A stretch of DNA of 64,000 bases from the human T2T-CHM13v2.0 reference genome, Homo sapiens. Where the stretch lies: NCBI RefSeq assembly GCF_009914755.1, contig NC_060948.1; one strand, 5' to 3'. Shown piece after piece: positions 41,601 to 56,600 of this stretch. The notes beneath the pieces were generated by a model. It saw only the letters and a list, made by a program, of their open reading frames with translations, was not told the DNA's origin and searched no databases. Positions within the stretch are counted from its first letter, which is position 1. The number at the start of each line of letters is the position of its first letter. A program made the position numbers and the translations under genes.

Positions 41601-44600
41601 AAAATCGACTCAGATAGAGTAGAATGTAATGGAATTGAGTGCAGTGCAATGGAATGGAATGGAATGGAATGCAATGGAATGGAATGGAATGGAAAGGAAT
41701 GGAATGGAATGGGATGGAATGGTATGGAATGGATAGTAATGGACTGGAGTGAAATGGACTGGAAATGAATGGACTCAAATTGAAAGGGCTCGAAAGGAAT
41801 GGAGTCAAAAGGAATGGTCTGGAATGGAATGAACACGAATGTAATGCAATCCAATAGAATGGAATCGAATGGCATGGAATATAAAGAAATGGAATCGAAG
41901 AGAATGGAAACAAATGGAATGGAATTGAATGGAATGGAATTGAATGGAATGGGAACGAATGGAGTGAAATTGTATGCAGTAGAAGAGAATAGAATGGAAT
42001 GCAAGCGAAAGGAAAGGAATGGATTGGAATGGAATGGAATTCATTGGAATGGAAGGGAATGTAGTGTAATGGACAGGCCTGGAATAAAGTGGAATGCTAC
42101 GGTCTCAAATGGAATAAAAATGTATGGAATGGAATGCAATGAAACGGAATCGAATGTCATAGAATGTAATGGAATGCAAAAAAATGGAATCCAAAATCAT
42201 TGACTGGAAAGGCTGGGTGTCGAAAGGAATTGACTCCAATGGAATGGAATCGAATGGAATGGAAGTGAATAGAATGGAACTAAATCGAATGGAATGGAAT
42301 TGATAGGAACGGAATGGAAAGGAATGCAATGATTTGGCATGGAATGGAATCGAATGGCATCGAATGGAATGGAATGGAATGCAATGGAATGGAATGTATT
42401 AGAATCTAATGAACTTTAATGGAATGTACTCGAATGGATTCGACTGGAATGGAATGTTCTGGAAGTGAATGGACTCCAATGGAATGGATTCAAAAGGAAT
42501 GGAGTCGTACGGAATGGAATCTAATGGAATGGAATTAAATGGAAATGAATCAAATTGAATAGAACGGAATTGAATTGAATGGAATCGAATGCAATGGAAT
42601 CTAATGAAACGGAAAGGAAAGGAATGGAATGGAATGGAATGGGCTGGAATGGAAAGGAATCGAAACGAATGGAATGGAATCGAACTGAAGAGACTGGAAT
42701 GGAATGCACTGGAATGGAAGGGAGTGTAATGGAAGGTTCTCGAAAAAAATGGAATCGAATGGAATGGAATTGAGTGGAACGGAATAGAGTCGAATGGAAT
42801 TGAATGGAATGGAATGGACTAGAGTGAAATGGAATCGAACCACAAGGAATGGACAGGAATAGAATGGTCTCGAATTGAATGGAATCGTATGGAATGGCAT
42901 CAAACGGAATGGAATGGACAGCCACGGAATGGAATGCACTCGAATGCAATGGAGTCGAAACTAATGGACTGGAATAGAATGGACTCGACTGGTACGGACT
43001 CCAATGGAATGGAATCGAATGGAAGGGAATCGAACGGAATGGACTCGAAGGGAAAAGACTGCAATGGAAAGGTCTCGAATGGAATGGAAATTAATGGAAT
43101 GGAACGGAATCGAATGAAATGGAGTCAAAAGGAATGGAATCGAATGGCAAGAAATCGAATGCAATGGAATCGCAAGGAATTGATGTGAACGGAACGGAAT
43201 GGAATGGAATCCAAAGGAATGGAATAGAATGGAATGGAATCGAATGGAAAGGACTCGAATGGAAATCACTCGAACAGAATGCAATTTAATAAAATAGGAT
43301 CAAATGTAATGGAATGGAATGGAAAGGAATCGAAACGAAAGGAATGGAGACAGATGGAATGGAATGGAACAGAGAGCAAAGGTATAGAATGGAATGGAAT
43401 CATTTGGAATGGAATTGAATGGAATGGAATAATATGAAATGGAATGGAATGGAATGGAATGCCCTTGAATTAAATGGACTGGAATGGAATGGTCTCAAAC
43501 AGAGTGGAATGGAAAGTGTGGATATAGAATGGAATGAACTCCTTTGGAATGGTCTAGTAGACAATGCAATCGACTGGCAGGGAATCAAAAGGAATGTAAT
43601 CGAATGGATTGGACTGGAATGCAATGGACTCGAATAGATTGGAAACGGAATGCAAAGGAATGGAATGGAATAGTATGGAATGGTATGGAAAGGAATGGAG
43701 TGGAATAGAATAGAGTGGAATGGAATGGACTGGAAAGCAATGGACTGGAATGGAACATTCTTGAATGGACTGGAATCAAACGGAATGGAATGCAATGCAA
43801 TCAAATGGCATGGAATAAAATAGAATGAAAGAGAATCAAATGGAATTGAATCGAATGGAATCGAATGGATTGGAAAGGAATAGAATGGAATGGAATGGAA
43901 TTGACTCAAATGGAATGGACTAGAATGGAATGGATTCGAATGGAAGGCAAAGGAATGGAATCTATTGGAATGGACTGTAATGGAATGGAATGGAAGGGAT
44001 TGGAATGGACTCGAATGGAATGGACTGCAATAGAAAGGATTCGAATGGAATGAAAAAGAATTGAATGGAATAGAACAGAATGGAATCAAATCGAATGAAA
44101 TGGAATGGAATAGAAAGGAATGGAATGAAATGGAATGGAAAGGATTCGAATGGAATGCAATCGAATGGAATGGAATCGAACGGAATGGAATAAAATGGAA
44201 GAAAACTGGCAAGAAATGGAATCGAAATGAATGGAGTGTTATGGAACGGACTCAAAAGGAATTGAATGTAATAGAATGGAGTGGAGTGGACTCGAATATA
44301 ATGGACTGGAATGGAATGAAATCACATGGAATGGGAACGAATGGAATGGAATGGAAAGGAATGGAATCGAATGCAAAGGAATCGAATGGAAGGGAATGCA
44401 ATTGAATCAACAGGAATGGAAGGGAATAGAATAGACGGTAATGGAATGGACTCGAATAGAATGGACACGAATGCTCAAATTGAATGGACTCGAATGGAAT
44501 GGAAACGAAAGGAATGTCATCGAATGGAATTGAATCGATTGGAATGAAATCGCATAGAATGGAGTGGAATCAAATGGAATTGAATCGAAAGGAAAGGAAG

Positions 44601-47600
44601 CCAATGGACTGAAATGAAATGGAATGGAATGGAATGGAAAGTAATGCAATGGAATAGAATGGAACGAAATTTCACGGAATGGAATGAAACTGAATGGAAT
44701 CAAATCAATGGAATCTAATCAAGTGGAATGGAAAGGAATTGAATGGAGTAGATTGGATTGGATGGGATTGGAATGAAATGTACTGGAAAAGACTCGAATT
44801 TCATGAAACGGAATGGAATGAATTGGAACGGAATGGACTCGAATGGAATGGAATGTCATGGAATGGCATCAAATGGAATGGCATCAAATGGAATGGAATC
44901 GAATGCAATGGAATGCTATGGAATGGAATGGAATGCATTGGAATGGAATGTCCTCTAATGGAATGGATTCGAGTGGAATGGAATCGAATATAATGGAGTC
45001 GATTGAAATGGAATTGAAAGGAATGGGATCGAATACAATGGAATATACTGGAATGTAATGTAATGAACTTGAATGTAATTGACTGGAATGAAATGTACAT
45101 GAATGGAATGTAATCGAATGGAAAGTAATCCAATGGAATAGAATCTAATGCAATAAAATCGACTCAGATAGAGTAGAATGTAATGGAATGGAGTGCAGTG
45201 CAATGGAATGGAATGGAATGGAATGCAATGGAATGGAATGGAATGGAATGGAATGGAATGGAATGGAATGGAATGGTGTGGAATGGATAGTAATGGACTG
45301 GAGTGAAATGGACTGGAAATGAATGGACTCAAATTGAAAGGGCTCGAAAGGAATGGAGTCAAATGGAATGGTCTGGAATGGAATGAACACGAATGTAATG
45401 CAATCCAATAGAATGGAATCGAATGGCATGGAATATAAAGAAATGGAATCGAAGAGAATGGAAACAAATGGAATGGAATTGAATGGAATGGAATTGAATG
45501 GAATGGGAACGAATGGAGTGAAATTGTATGCAGTAGAAGAGAATAGAATGGAATGCAAGCGAAAGGAAAGGAATGGATTGGAATGGAATGGAATTCATTG
45601 GAATGGAAGGGAATGTAGTGTAATGGACAGGCCTGGAATAAAGTGGAATGCTACGGTCTCGAATGGAATAAAAATGTATGGAATGGAATGCAATGAAACG
45701 GAATCGAATGTCATAGAATGTAATGGAATGCAAAAAAATGGAATCCAAAATCATTGACTGGAAAGGCTGGGTGTCGAAAGGAATTGACTCCAATGGAATG
45801 GAATCGAATGGAATGGAAGTGAATAGAATCGAACTAAATCGAATGGAATGGAATTGATAGGAACGGAATGGAAAGGAATGCAATGATTTGGCATGGAATG
45901 GAAACGAATGGTATCTAATGGAATGGAATGGAATGTAATGGAATGGAATGTATTAGAATGTAATGAACTTTAATGGAATGTACTCGAATGGATTCGACTG
46001 GAATGGAATGTTCTGGAAGTGAATGGACTCCAATGGAATGGATTCAAACGGAATGGAATCGTACGGAATGGAATCTAATGGAATGGAATTAAATGGAAAT
46101 GAATCAAATTGAATAGAACGGAATTGAATTGAATGGAATGGAATGCAATGGAATCTAATGAAACGGAAAGGAAAGGAATGCAATGGAATGGAATGGGCTG
46201 GAATGGAAAGGAATCGAAACGAATGGAATGGAATCGAACTGAAGAGACTGGAATGGAATGCACTGGAATGGAAGGGAGTGTAATGGAAGGTTCTCGAAAA
46301 AAATGGAATCGAATGGAATGGAATTGAATGGAACGGAATAGAGTCGAATGGAATTGAATGGAATGGAATGGACTAGAGTGAAATGGAATCGAACCACAAG
46401 GAATGGACAGGAATAGAATGGTCTCGAATTGAATGGAATCGTATGGAATGGCATCAAACGGAATGGAATGGACAGCCACGGAATGGAATGCACTCGAATG
46501 CAATGGAGTCGAAACTAATGGACTGGAATAGAATGGACTCGACTGGTACGGACTCCAATGGAATGGAATCGAATGGAAGGGAATCGAACGGAATGGACTC
46601 GAAGGGAAAAGACTGCAATGGAACGGTCTCGAATGGAATGGAAATTAATGGAATGGAATGGAATCGAATGAAATGGAGTCAAAAGGAATGGAATCGAATG
46701 GCAAGAAATCGAATGTAATGGAATCGCAAGGAATTGATGTGAACGGAACGGAATGGAATGGAATCCAAAGGAATGGAATAGAATGGAATGGAATCGAATG
46801 GAAAGGACTCGAATGGAAATCACTCGAATAGAATGCAATTTAATAAAATAGGATCAAATGTAATGGAATGGAATGGAAAGGAATCAAAACGAAAGGAATG
46901 GAGACAGATGGAATGGAATGGAACAGATAGCAATGGTATACAATGGAATGGAATCATCTGGAATGGAATTGAATGGAATGGAATAATATGAAATGGAATG
47001 GAATGGAATGGAATGGAATGCCCTTGAATTAAATGGACTGGACTCGAACAGAGTGGAATGGAAAGTGTTGAGATAGAATGGAATGGACTCCTTTGGAATG
47101 GTCTAGTATGCAATGCAATCGACTGGCAGGGAATCAAAAGGAATGTAATGGAATGGATTGGACTGGAATGCAATGGACTCGAATAGATTGGAAACGGAAT
47201 GCAAAGGAATGGAATGGAATAGTATGGAATGGAATGGAAAGGAATGGAGTGGAATAGACTAGAGTGGAATGGAATGGACTGGAAAGCAATGGACTGGAAT
47301 GAAACTTTCTTGAATGGACTGGAATCAAACTGAATGGAATGCAATGCAATCAAATTTCATGGAATAAGATAGAATGAAAGAGAATCAAATGGAATTGAAT
47401 CGAATGGAATCGAATGGATTGGAAAGGAAGAGAATGGAATGGAATGGAATTGACTCAAATGGAATGGACTAGAATGGAATGGATTCGAATGGAAGGCAAA
47501 GGAATGGAATCTATTGGAATGGACTGTAATGGAATGGAATGGAATGGATTGGAATGGACTCGAATGGAATGGACTGCAATAGAAAGGATTCGAATGGAAT

Positions 47601-50600
47601 GAAAAAGAATTGAATGGAATAGAACAGAATGGAATCAAATCGAATGAAATGGAATGGAATAGAAAGGAATGGAATGAAATGGAATGGAAAGGATTCGAAT
47701 GGAATGCAATCGAATGGAATGGAATCGAACGGAATGGAATAAAATGGAAGAAAACTGGCAAGAAATGGAATCGAAATGAATGGAGTGTTATGGAACGGAC
47801 TCAAAAGGAATTGAATGTAATAGAATGGAGTGGAGTGGACTCGAATATAATGGACTGGAATGGAATGAAATCACATGGAATGGGAACGAATGGAATGGAA
47901 TGGAAAGGAATGGAATCGAATGGAAAGGAATCGAACGGAAGGGAATGAAATTGAATCAACAGGAATGGAAGGGAATAGAATAGACTGTAATGGAATGGAC
48001 ACGAATAGAATGGACACGAATGCTCAAATTGAATGGACTCGAATGGAATGGAAAGGAAAGGAAAGTCATCGAATGGAATTGAATGGATTGGAATGAAATC
48101 GCATAGAATGGAGTGGAATCAAATGGAATTGAATCGAAAGGAAAGGAAGCGAATGGACTGAAATGAAATGGAATGGAATTGAATGGAAAGTAATGCAATG
48201 GAATAGAATGGAACGAAATTTCACGGAATGGAATCAAACTGAATGGAATCAAATCAATGGAATCTAATCAAATGGAATGGAAAGGAATTGAATGGAGTAT
48301 ATTGGATTGGATGGGATTGGAATGAAATGTACTGGAAAGGACTCGAATTTCATGAAACGGAATGGAATGAATTGGAACGGAATGGACTCGAATGGAATGG
48401 AATGACATGGAATGGCATCAAATGGAATGGCATCAAATGGAATGGAATCGAATACAATGGAATGCTATGGAATGGAATGGAATGCATTGGAATGGAATGT
48501 CCTCTAATGGAATGGATTCGAGTGGAATGGAATCGAATATAATGGAGTCGAATGAAATGGAATTGAAAGGAATGGGATCGAATAGAATGGAATATACTGG
48601 AATGTAATGTAATGAACTCGAATGTAATTGACTGGAATGGAATGTACATGAATGGAATGTAATCGAATGGAAAGTAATCCAATGGAATAGAATCTAATGC
48701 AATAAAATCGACTCAGATAGAGTAGAATGTAATGGAATGGAGTGCAGTGCAATGGAATGGAATGGAATGGAATGCAATGGAATGGAATGGAATGGAATGG
48801 AATGGGATGGAATGGGGTGGAATGGTATGGAATGGATAGTAATGGACTGGAGTGAAATGGACTGGAAAGGAATGGACTCAAATTGAAAGGGCTCGAAAGG
48901 AATGGAGACAAATGAAATGGTCTGGAATGGAATGAACACGAATGTAATGCAATCCAATAGAATGGAGTCGAATGGCATGGAATATAAAGAAATGGAATCG
49001 AAGAGAATGGAAACAAATGGAATGGAATTGAATGGAATGGAATTGAATGGAATGGGAACGAATGGAGTGAAATTGTATGCAGTAGAAGAGAATAGAATGG
49101 AATGCAAGCGAAAGGAAAGGAATGGATTGGAATGGAATAGAATTCATTGGAATGGAAGGGAATGTAGTGTAATGGACAGGCCTGGAATAAAGTGGAATGC
49201 TACGGTCTCGAATGGAATAAAAATGTATGGAATGGAATGCAATGAAACGGAATCGAATGTCATAGAATGTAATGGAATGCAAAAAAATGGACTCCAAAAT
49301 CATTGACTGGAAAGGCTGGGTGTCGAAAGGAATTGACTCCAATGGAATGGAATCGAATGGAATGGAAGTGAATAGAATGGAACTAAATCGAATGGAATGG
49401 AATTGATAGGAACGGAATGGAAAGGAATGCAATGATTTGGCATGGAATGGAATCGAATGGCATCGAATGGAATGGAATGGAATGCAATGGAATGGAATGT
49501 ATTAGAATGTAATGAACTTTAATGGAATATACTCGAATGGATTCGACTGGAATGGAATGTTCTTGAAGTGAATGGACTCCAATGGAATGGATTCGAAAGG
49601 AATGGAATCTAATGGAATGGAATTAAATGGAAATGAATCAAATTGAATAGCACGGAATTGAATTGAATGGAATCGAATGCAATGGAATCTAATGAAACGG
49701 AAAGGAAAGGAATGGAATGGATTGGAATGGAATGGGCTGGAATGGAATGGAATCGAAACGAATGGAATGGAATCGAACTGAAGAGACTGGAATGGAATGC
49801 ACTGGAATGGAAGGGAATGTAATGGAAGGTTCTCGAAAAAAATGGAATCGAAAGGAATGGAATTGAATGGAACGGAATAGAGTCGAATGGAATTCAATGG
49901 AATGGAATGGACTAGAGTGAAATGGAATCGAACCACAAGGAATGGACAGGAATAGAATGGTCTCGAACTGAATGGAATCGTATGGAATGGCATCAAACGG
50001 AATGGAATGGACAGCCACGGAATGGAATGCACTCGAATGCAATGGAGTCGACACTAATGGACTGGAATAGAATGGACTCGACTGGTACGGACTCCAATGG
50101 AATGGAATCGAATGGAAGGGAATCGAACGGAATGGACTCGAAGGGAAAAGACTGCAATGGAAAGGTCTCGAATGGAATGGAAATTAATGGAATGGAATGG
50201 AATCGAATGAAATGGAGTCAAAAGGAATGGAATCGAATGGCAAGAAATCGAATGTAATGGAATCGCAAGGAATTGATGTGAACGGAACGGAATGGAATGG
50301 AATCGAAAGGGATGGAATGGAATCGAATGGAAAGGACTCGAATGGAAATCACTCGAATAGAATGCAATTTAATAAAATAGGATCAAATGTAATGGAATGG
50401 AATGGAAAGGAATCGAAACGAAAGGAATGGAGACAGATGGAATGGAATGGAACAGAGAGCAATGGTATAGAATGGAATGGAATCATCTGGAATGGAATTG
50501 AATGGAATGGAATAAGATGAAATGGAATGGAATGGAATGGAATGCCCTTGAATTAAATGGACTGGAATGGAATGGACTCGAACAGAGTGGAATGGAAAGT

Positions 50601-53600
50601 GTTGAAATAGAATGGAATGGACTCCTTTGGAATGGTCTAGTATGCAATGCAATCGACTGGCAGAGAATCAAGAGGAATGTAATCGAATGGAAAGGACTGG
50701 AATGCAATGGAATCGAATAGATTGGAAACGGAAAGCAAAGGAATGGAATGGAATAGTATGGAATGGAATGGAAAGGAATGGAGTGGAATAGACTAGAGTG
50801 GAATGGAATGGACTCGAAAGCAATGGACTGGAATGGAACTTTCTTGAATGGACTGGAATCAAACGGAATGGAATGCAATGCAATCAAATGGCATGGAATA
50901 AAATAGAATGAAAGAGAATCAAACGGAATTGAATCGAATGGAATCGAATGGATTGGAAAGGAATAGAATGGAATGGAATGGAATTGACTCAAATGGAATG
51001 GACTAGAATGGAATGGATTCGAATGGAAGGCAAAGGAATGGAATCTATTGGAATGGACTGTAATGGAATGGAATGTAAGGGATTGGAATGGACTCGAATG
51101 GAATGGACTGCAATAGAAAGGATTCGAATGGAATGAAAAAGAATTGAATGGAATAAAACAGAATGGAATCAAATCGAATGAAATGGAATGGAATAGAAAG
51201 GAATGCAAAGGATTCGAATGGAATGCAATCGAATGGAATGCAATCGAATGGAATGGAATCGAACGGAATGTAATAAAATGGAAGAAAACTGGCAAGAAAT
51301 GGAATCGAAATGAATGGAGTGTTATGGAACGGACTCAAAAGGAATTGAATGTAATAGAATGGAGTGGAGTGGACTCGAATATAATGGACTGGAATGGAAT
51401 GAAATCACATGGAATGGGAACGAATGGAATGGAATGGAAAGGAATGGAATCGAATGGAAAGGAATCGAATGGAAGGGAATGAAATTGAATCAACAGGAAT
51501 GGAAGGGAATAGAATAGACGGTAATGGAATGGACTCGAATAGAATGGACACGAATGCTCAAATTGAATGGACTCGAATGGAATGGAAACGAAAGGAATGT
51601 CATCGAATGGAATTGAATCGATTGGAATGAAATCACATAGAATGGAGTGGAATCAAATGGAATTGAATCGAAAGGAAAGGAAGCGAATGGACTGAAATGA
51701 AATGGAATGGAATTGAATGGAAATTAATGCAATGGAATAGAATGGAACGAAATTTCACGGAATGGAATCAAACTGAATGGAATCAAATCAATGGAATATA
51801 ATCAAATGGAATGGAAAGGAATTGAATGGAGTAGATTGGATTGGATGGGATTGGAATGAAATGCACTGGAAAGGACTCGAATTTCATGAAATGGAATGGA
51901 ATGAATTGGAACGGAATGGACTCGAATGGAATGGAATGTCACGGAATGGCATCAAATGGAATGGCATCAAATGGAATGGAATAGAATGCAATGGAATGCT
52001 ATGGAATGGAATGGAATGCATTGGAATGGAATGTCCTCTAATGGAATGGATTCGAGTGGAATGGAATCGAATATAATGGAGTCGAATGAAATGGAATTGA
52101 AAGGAATGGGATCGAATACCATGTAATATACTGGAATGTAATGTAATGATCTCGAATGTAATTGACTGGAATGGAATGTACATGAATGGAATGTAATCGA
52201 ATGGAAAGTAATCCAATGGAATAGAATCTAATGCAATAAAATCGACTCAAATAGAATAGAATGTAATGGAATGGAGCGCATTGCAATGGAATGGAATGGA
52301 ATGCAATGGAATGGAATGGAATGGAATGGAATGGAATGGAATGGGATGGAATGGTATGGAATGCATAGTAATGGACTGGAGTGAAATGGACTGGAAAAGA
52401 ATGGACTCAAATTGAAAGGGCTCGAAAGGAATGGAGTCAAATGGAATGGTCTGGAATGGAATGAATACGAATGTAATGCAATCCAATAGAATTTAATCGA
52501 ATGGTATGGAATATAAAGAATTGGAATCGAAGAGAATGGAAACAAATGGAATGGAATTGAATGGAATGGAATTGAATGGAATGGGAACGAATGGAGTGAA
52601 ATTGTATGCAGTAGAAGAGAATAGAATGGAATGCAAGCGAAAGGAAAGGAATGGATTGGAATGGAATGGAATTCATTGGAATGGAAGGGAATGTAGTGTA
52701 ATGGACAGGCCTGGAATAAAGTGGAATGCTACGGTCTCGAATGGAATAAAAATGTATGGAATAGAATGCAATGAAACGGAATCGAATGTCATAGAATGTA
52801 ATGGAATGCAAAAAAATGGAATCCAAAATCATTGACTGGAAAGGCTGGGTGTCGAAAGGAATTGCCTCCAATGGAATGGAATCGAATGGAATGGAAGTGA
52901 ATAGAATGGAACTAAATCGAATGGAATGGAATTGATAGGAACGGAATGGAAAGCAATGCAATGATTTGGCATGGAATGGAATCGAATGGCATCGAATGGA
53001 ATGGAATGGAATGCAATTGAATGGAATGTATTAGAATGTAATGAACTTTAATGTAATGTACTCGAATGGATTCGACTGGAATGGAATGTTCTCGAAGTGA
53101 ATGGACTCCAATGGAATGGATTCGAAAGGAATGGAATCTAATGGAATGGAATTAAATGGAAATGAATCAAATTGAATAGAACGGAATTGAATGGAATGGA
53201 ATCGAATGCAATGGAATCTAATGAAACGGAAAGGAAAGGAATGGAATGGAATGGAATGTGCTGGAATTGAATGGAATCGAAACGAATGGAATGGAGTCGA
53301 ACTGAAGAGACTGAAATGGAATGCACTGGAATGGAAGGGAGTGTAATGGAAGGTTCTCGAAAAAAATGGAATCGAAAGGAATGGAATTGAATGGAACGGA
53401 ATAGAGTCGAATGGAATTCAATGGAATGGAATGGACTAGAGTGAAATGGAATCGAACCACAAGGAATGGACAGGAACAGAATGGTCTCGAATTGAATGGA
53501 ATCGTATGGAATGGCATCAAACGGAATGGAATGGACAGCAACGGAATGGAATGCACTCGAATGCAATGGAGTCGACACTAATGGACTGGAATAGCATGGA

Positions 53601-56600
53601 CTCGACTGGTACGGACTCCATTGAAATGGAATTGAATGGAAGGGAATGGAACGGAATGGACTCGAAGGGAAAAGACTGCAATGGAAAGGTCTCGAATGGA
53701 ATGGAAATTAATGGAATGGAATGGAATCGAATGAAATTGAGTCAAAAGGAATGGAATCGAATGGCAAGAAATCGAATGTAATGAATCGCAAGGAATTGAT
53801 GTGAACGGAACGGAATCGAATGGAATCCAAAGGAATGGAATAGAATGGAATGGAATCGAATGGAAAGGACTCGAATGGAAATCACTCGAATAGAATGCAA
53901 TTTAATAAAATAGGATCAAATGTAATGGAATGGAATGGAAAGGAATCGAAACGAAAGGAATGGAGACAGATGGAATGGAATGGAACAGAGAGCAATGGTA
54001 TAGAATGGAATGGAATCATCTGGAATGGAATTGAATGGAATGGAATAATATGAAATGGAATGGAATGGAATGGAATGCCCTTGAATTAAATGGACTGGAA
54101 TGGAATGGACTCAAACAGAGTGGAATGGAAAGTGTTGAAATAGAATGGAATGGACTCGTTTGGAATGGTCTAGTATGCAATGCAATCGACTGGCAGGGAA
54201 TCAAGAGGAATGTAATCGAATGGATTGGACTGGAATGCAATGGACTCGAATAGATTGGAAACGGAATTCAAAGGAATGGAATGGAATAGTATGGAATGGA
54301 ATGGAAAGGAATGGAGTGGAATAGACTAGAGTGGAATGGAATGGACTGGAAAGCAATGGACTGGAATGGAACTTTCTTGAATGGACTGGAATCAAACGGA
54401 ATGGAATGCAATGCAATCAAATGGCATGGAATAAAATAGAATGAAAGAGAATCAAATGGAATTGAATCGAATGGAATCGAATGGATTGGAAAGGAATAGA
54501 ATGGAATGGAATGGAATTGACTCAAATAGAATGGACTAGAATGGAATGGATTCGAATGGAAGGCAAAGGAATGGAATCTATTGGAATGGACTGTAATGGA
54601 ATGGAATGGAAGGGATTGGAATGGACTCGAATGGAATGGACTGCAATAGAAAAGATTCGAATGGAATGAAAAAGAATTGAATGGAATAGAACAGAATGGA
54701 ATCAAATCGAATGAAATGGAATGGAAGAGAAAGGAATGGAATGAAATGGAATGGAAAGGATTCGAATGGAATGCAATCGAATGGAATGCAATCGAATGGA
54801 ATGGAATCGAACGGAATGGAATAAAATGGAAGAAAACTGGCAAGAAATGGAATCGAAATGAATGGAGTGTTATGGAACGGACTCAAAAGGAATTGAATGT
54901 AATAGAATGGAGTGGAGTGGACTCGAATATAATGGACTGGAATGGAATGAAATCACATGGAATGGGAACGAATGGAATGGAATGGAAAGGAATGGAATGG
55001 AAAGGAATGGAATCGAATGGAAAGGAATCGAATGGAAGGGAATGAAATTGAATCAACAGGAATGGAAGGAAGTAGAATAGACGGTAATGGAATGGACTCG
55101 AATAGAATGGACACGAATGCTCAAATTGAATGGACTCGAATGGAATGGAAACGAAAGGAATGTCGTCGAATGGAATTGAATCGATTGGAATGAAATCGCA
55201 TAGAATGGAGTGGAATCAAATGGAATTGAATCGAAAGGAAAGGAAGCGAATGGTCTGAAATGAAATGGAATGGAATTGAATGGAAAGTAATGCAAGGGAA
55301 TAGAATGGAACGAAATTTCACGGAATGGAATCAAACTGAATGGAATCAAATCAATGGAATATAATCAAATGGCATGGAAAGGAATTGAATGGAGTAGATT
55401 GGATTGGATGGGATTGGAATGAAATGTACTGGAAAGGACTCGAATTTCATGAAATGGAATGGAATGAACTGGAACGGAATGGACTCGAATGGAATGGAAT
55501 GTCATGGAATGGCATCAAATGGAATGGCATCAAATGGAATGGAATCGAATGCAATGGAATGCTATGGAATGGAATGGAATGCATTGGAATGGAATGTCCC
55601 CTAATGGAATGGATTCGAGTGGAATGGAATCGAATATAATGGAGTCGAATGAAATGGAATTGAAAGGAAAGTGATCGAATAGAATGGAATATACTGGAAT
55701 GTAATGTAATGAACTCGAATGTAATTGACTAGAATGGAATGTACATGAATGGAATGTAATCGAATGGAAAATAATCTCATGGAATAGAATCTAATGCAAT
55801 AAAATCGACTCAAATAGAATAGAATGGAATGGAATGGAGTGCAGTGCAATGGAATGGAGTGGAATGGAATGCAATGGAATGGAATGGAATGGGATGGAAT
55901 GGTATGGGATGGATAGAAATGGACTGGAGTGAAATGGACTGGAAAGTAATGCACTCAAATTGAAAGAGCTCGAAAGAATGGAGTCAAATGGAATGTTCTG
56001 GAATGGAATGAACACGAATGTAATGCAATCCAATAGAATGGAATCGAATGGCATGGAATATAAAGAAATGGAATCGAAGAGAATGGAAACGAATGGAATG
56101 GAATTGAATGGAATGGGAACGAATGGAGTGAAATTGTATGCAGTAGAAGAGAATAGAATGGAATGCAAGCGAAATTAAAGGAATGGATTGGAATGGAATG
56201 GAATTCATTGGAATGGAAGGGAATGTATTGCAATGGACAGGCCTTTAATAAAGTGGAATGCTACGGTCTCGAATGGAATAAAAATGTATGGAATGGAATT
56301 CAATGAAACGGAATCGAATGTCATAGAATGTAATGGAATGCAAAAAAATGGAATCCAAAATCATTGACTGGAAAGGCTGGGTGTCGAAAGGAATTGACTC
56401 CAATGGAATGAAATCGAATGGAATGGAAGTGAATAGAATCGAAGTAAATCGAATGGAATGGAATTGTTAGGAACGGAATGGAAAGGAGTGCAATGATTTG
56501 GCATGGAATGGAATCGAATGGCATTGAATGGAGTGGAATGGAATGCAATGGAATGGAATGTATTAGAATGTAATGAACATTAATGGAATGTACTCGAATG

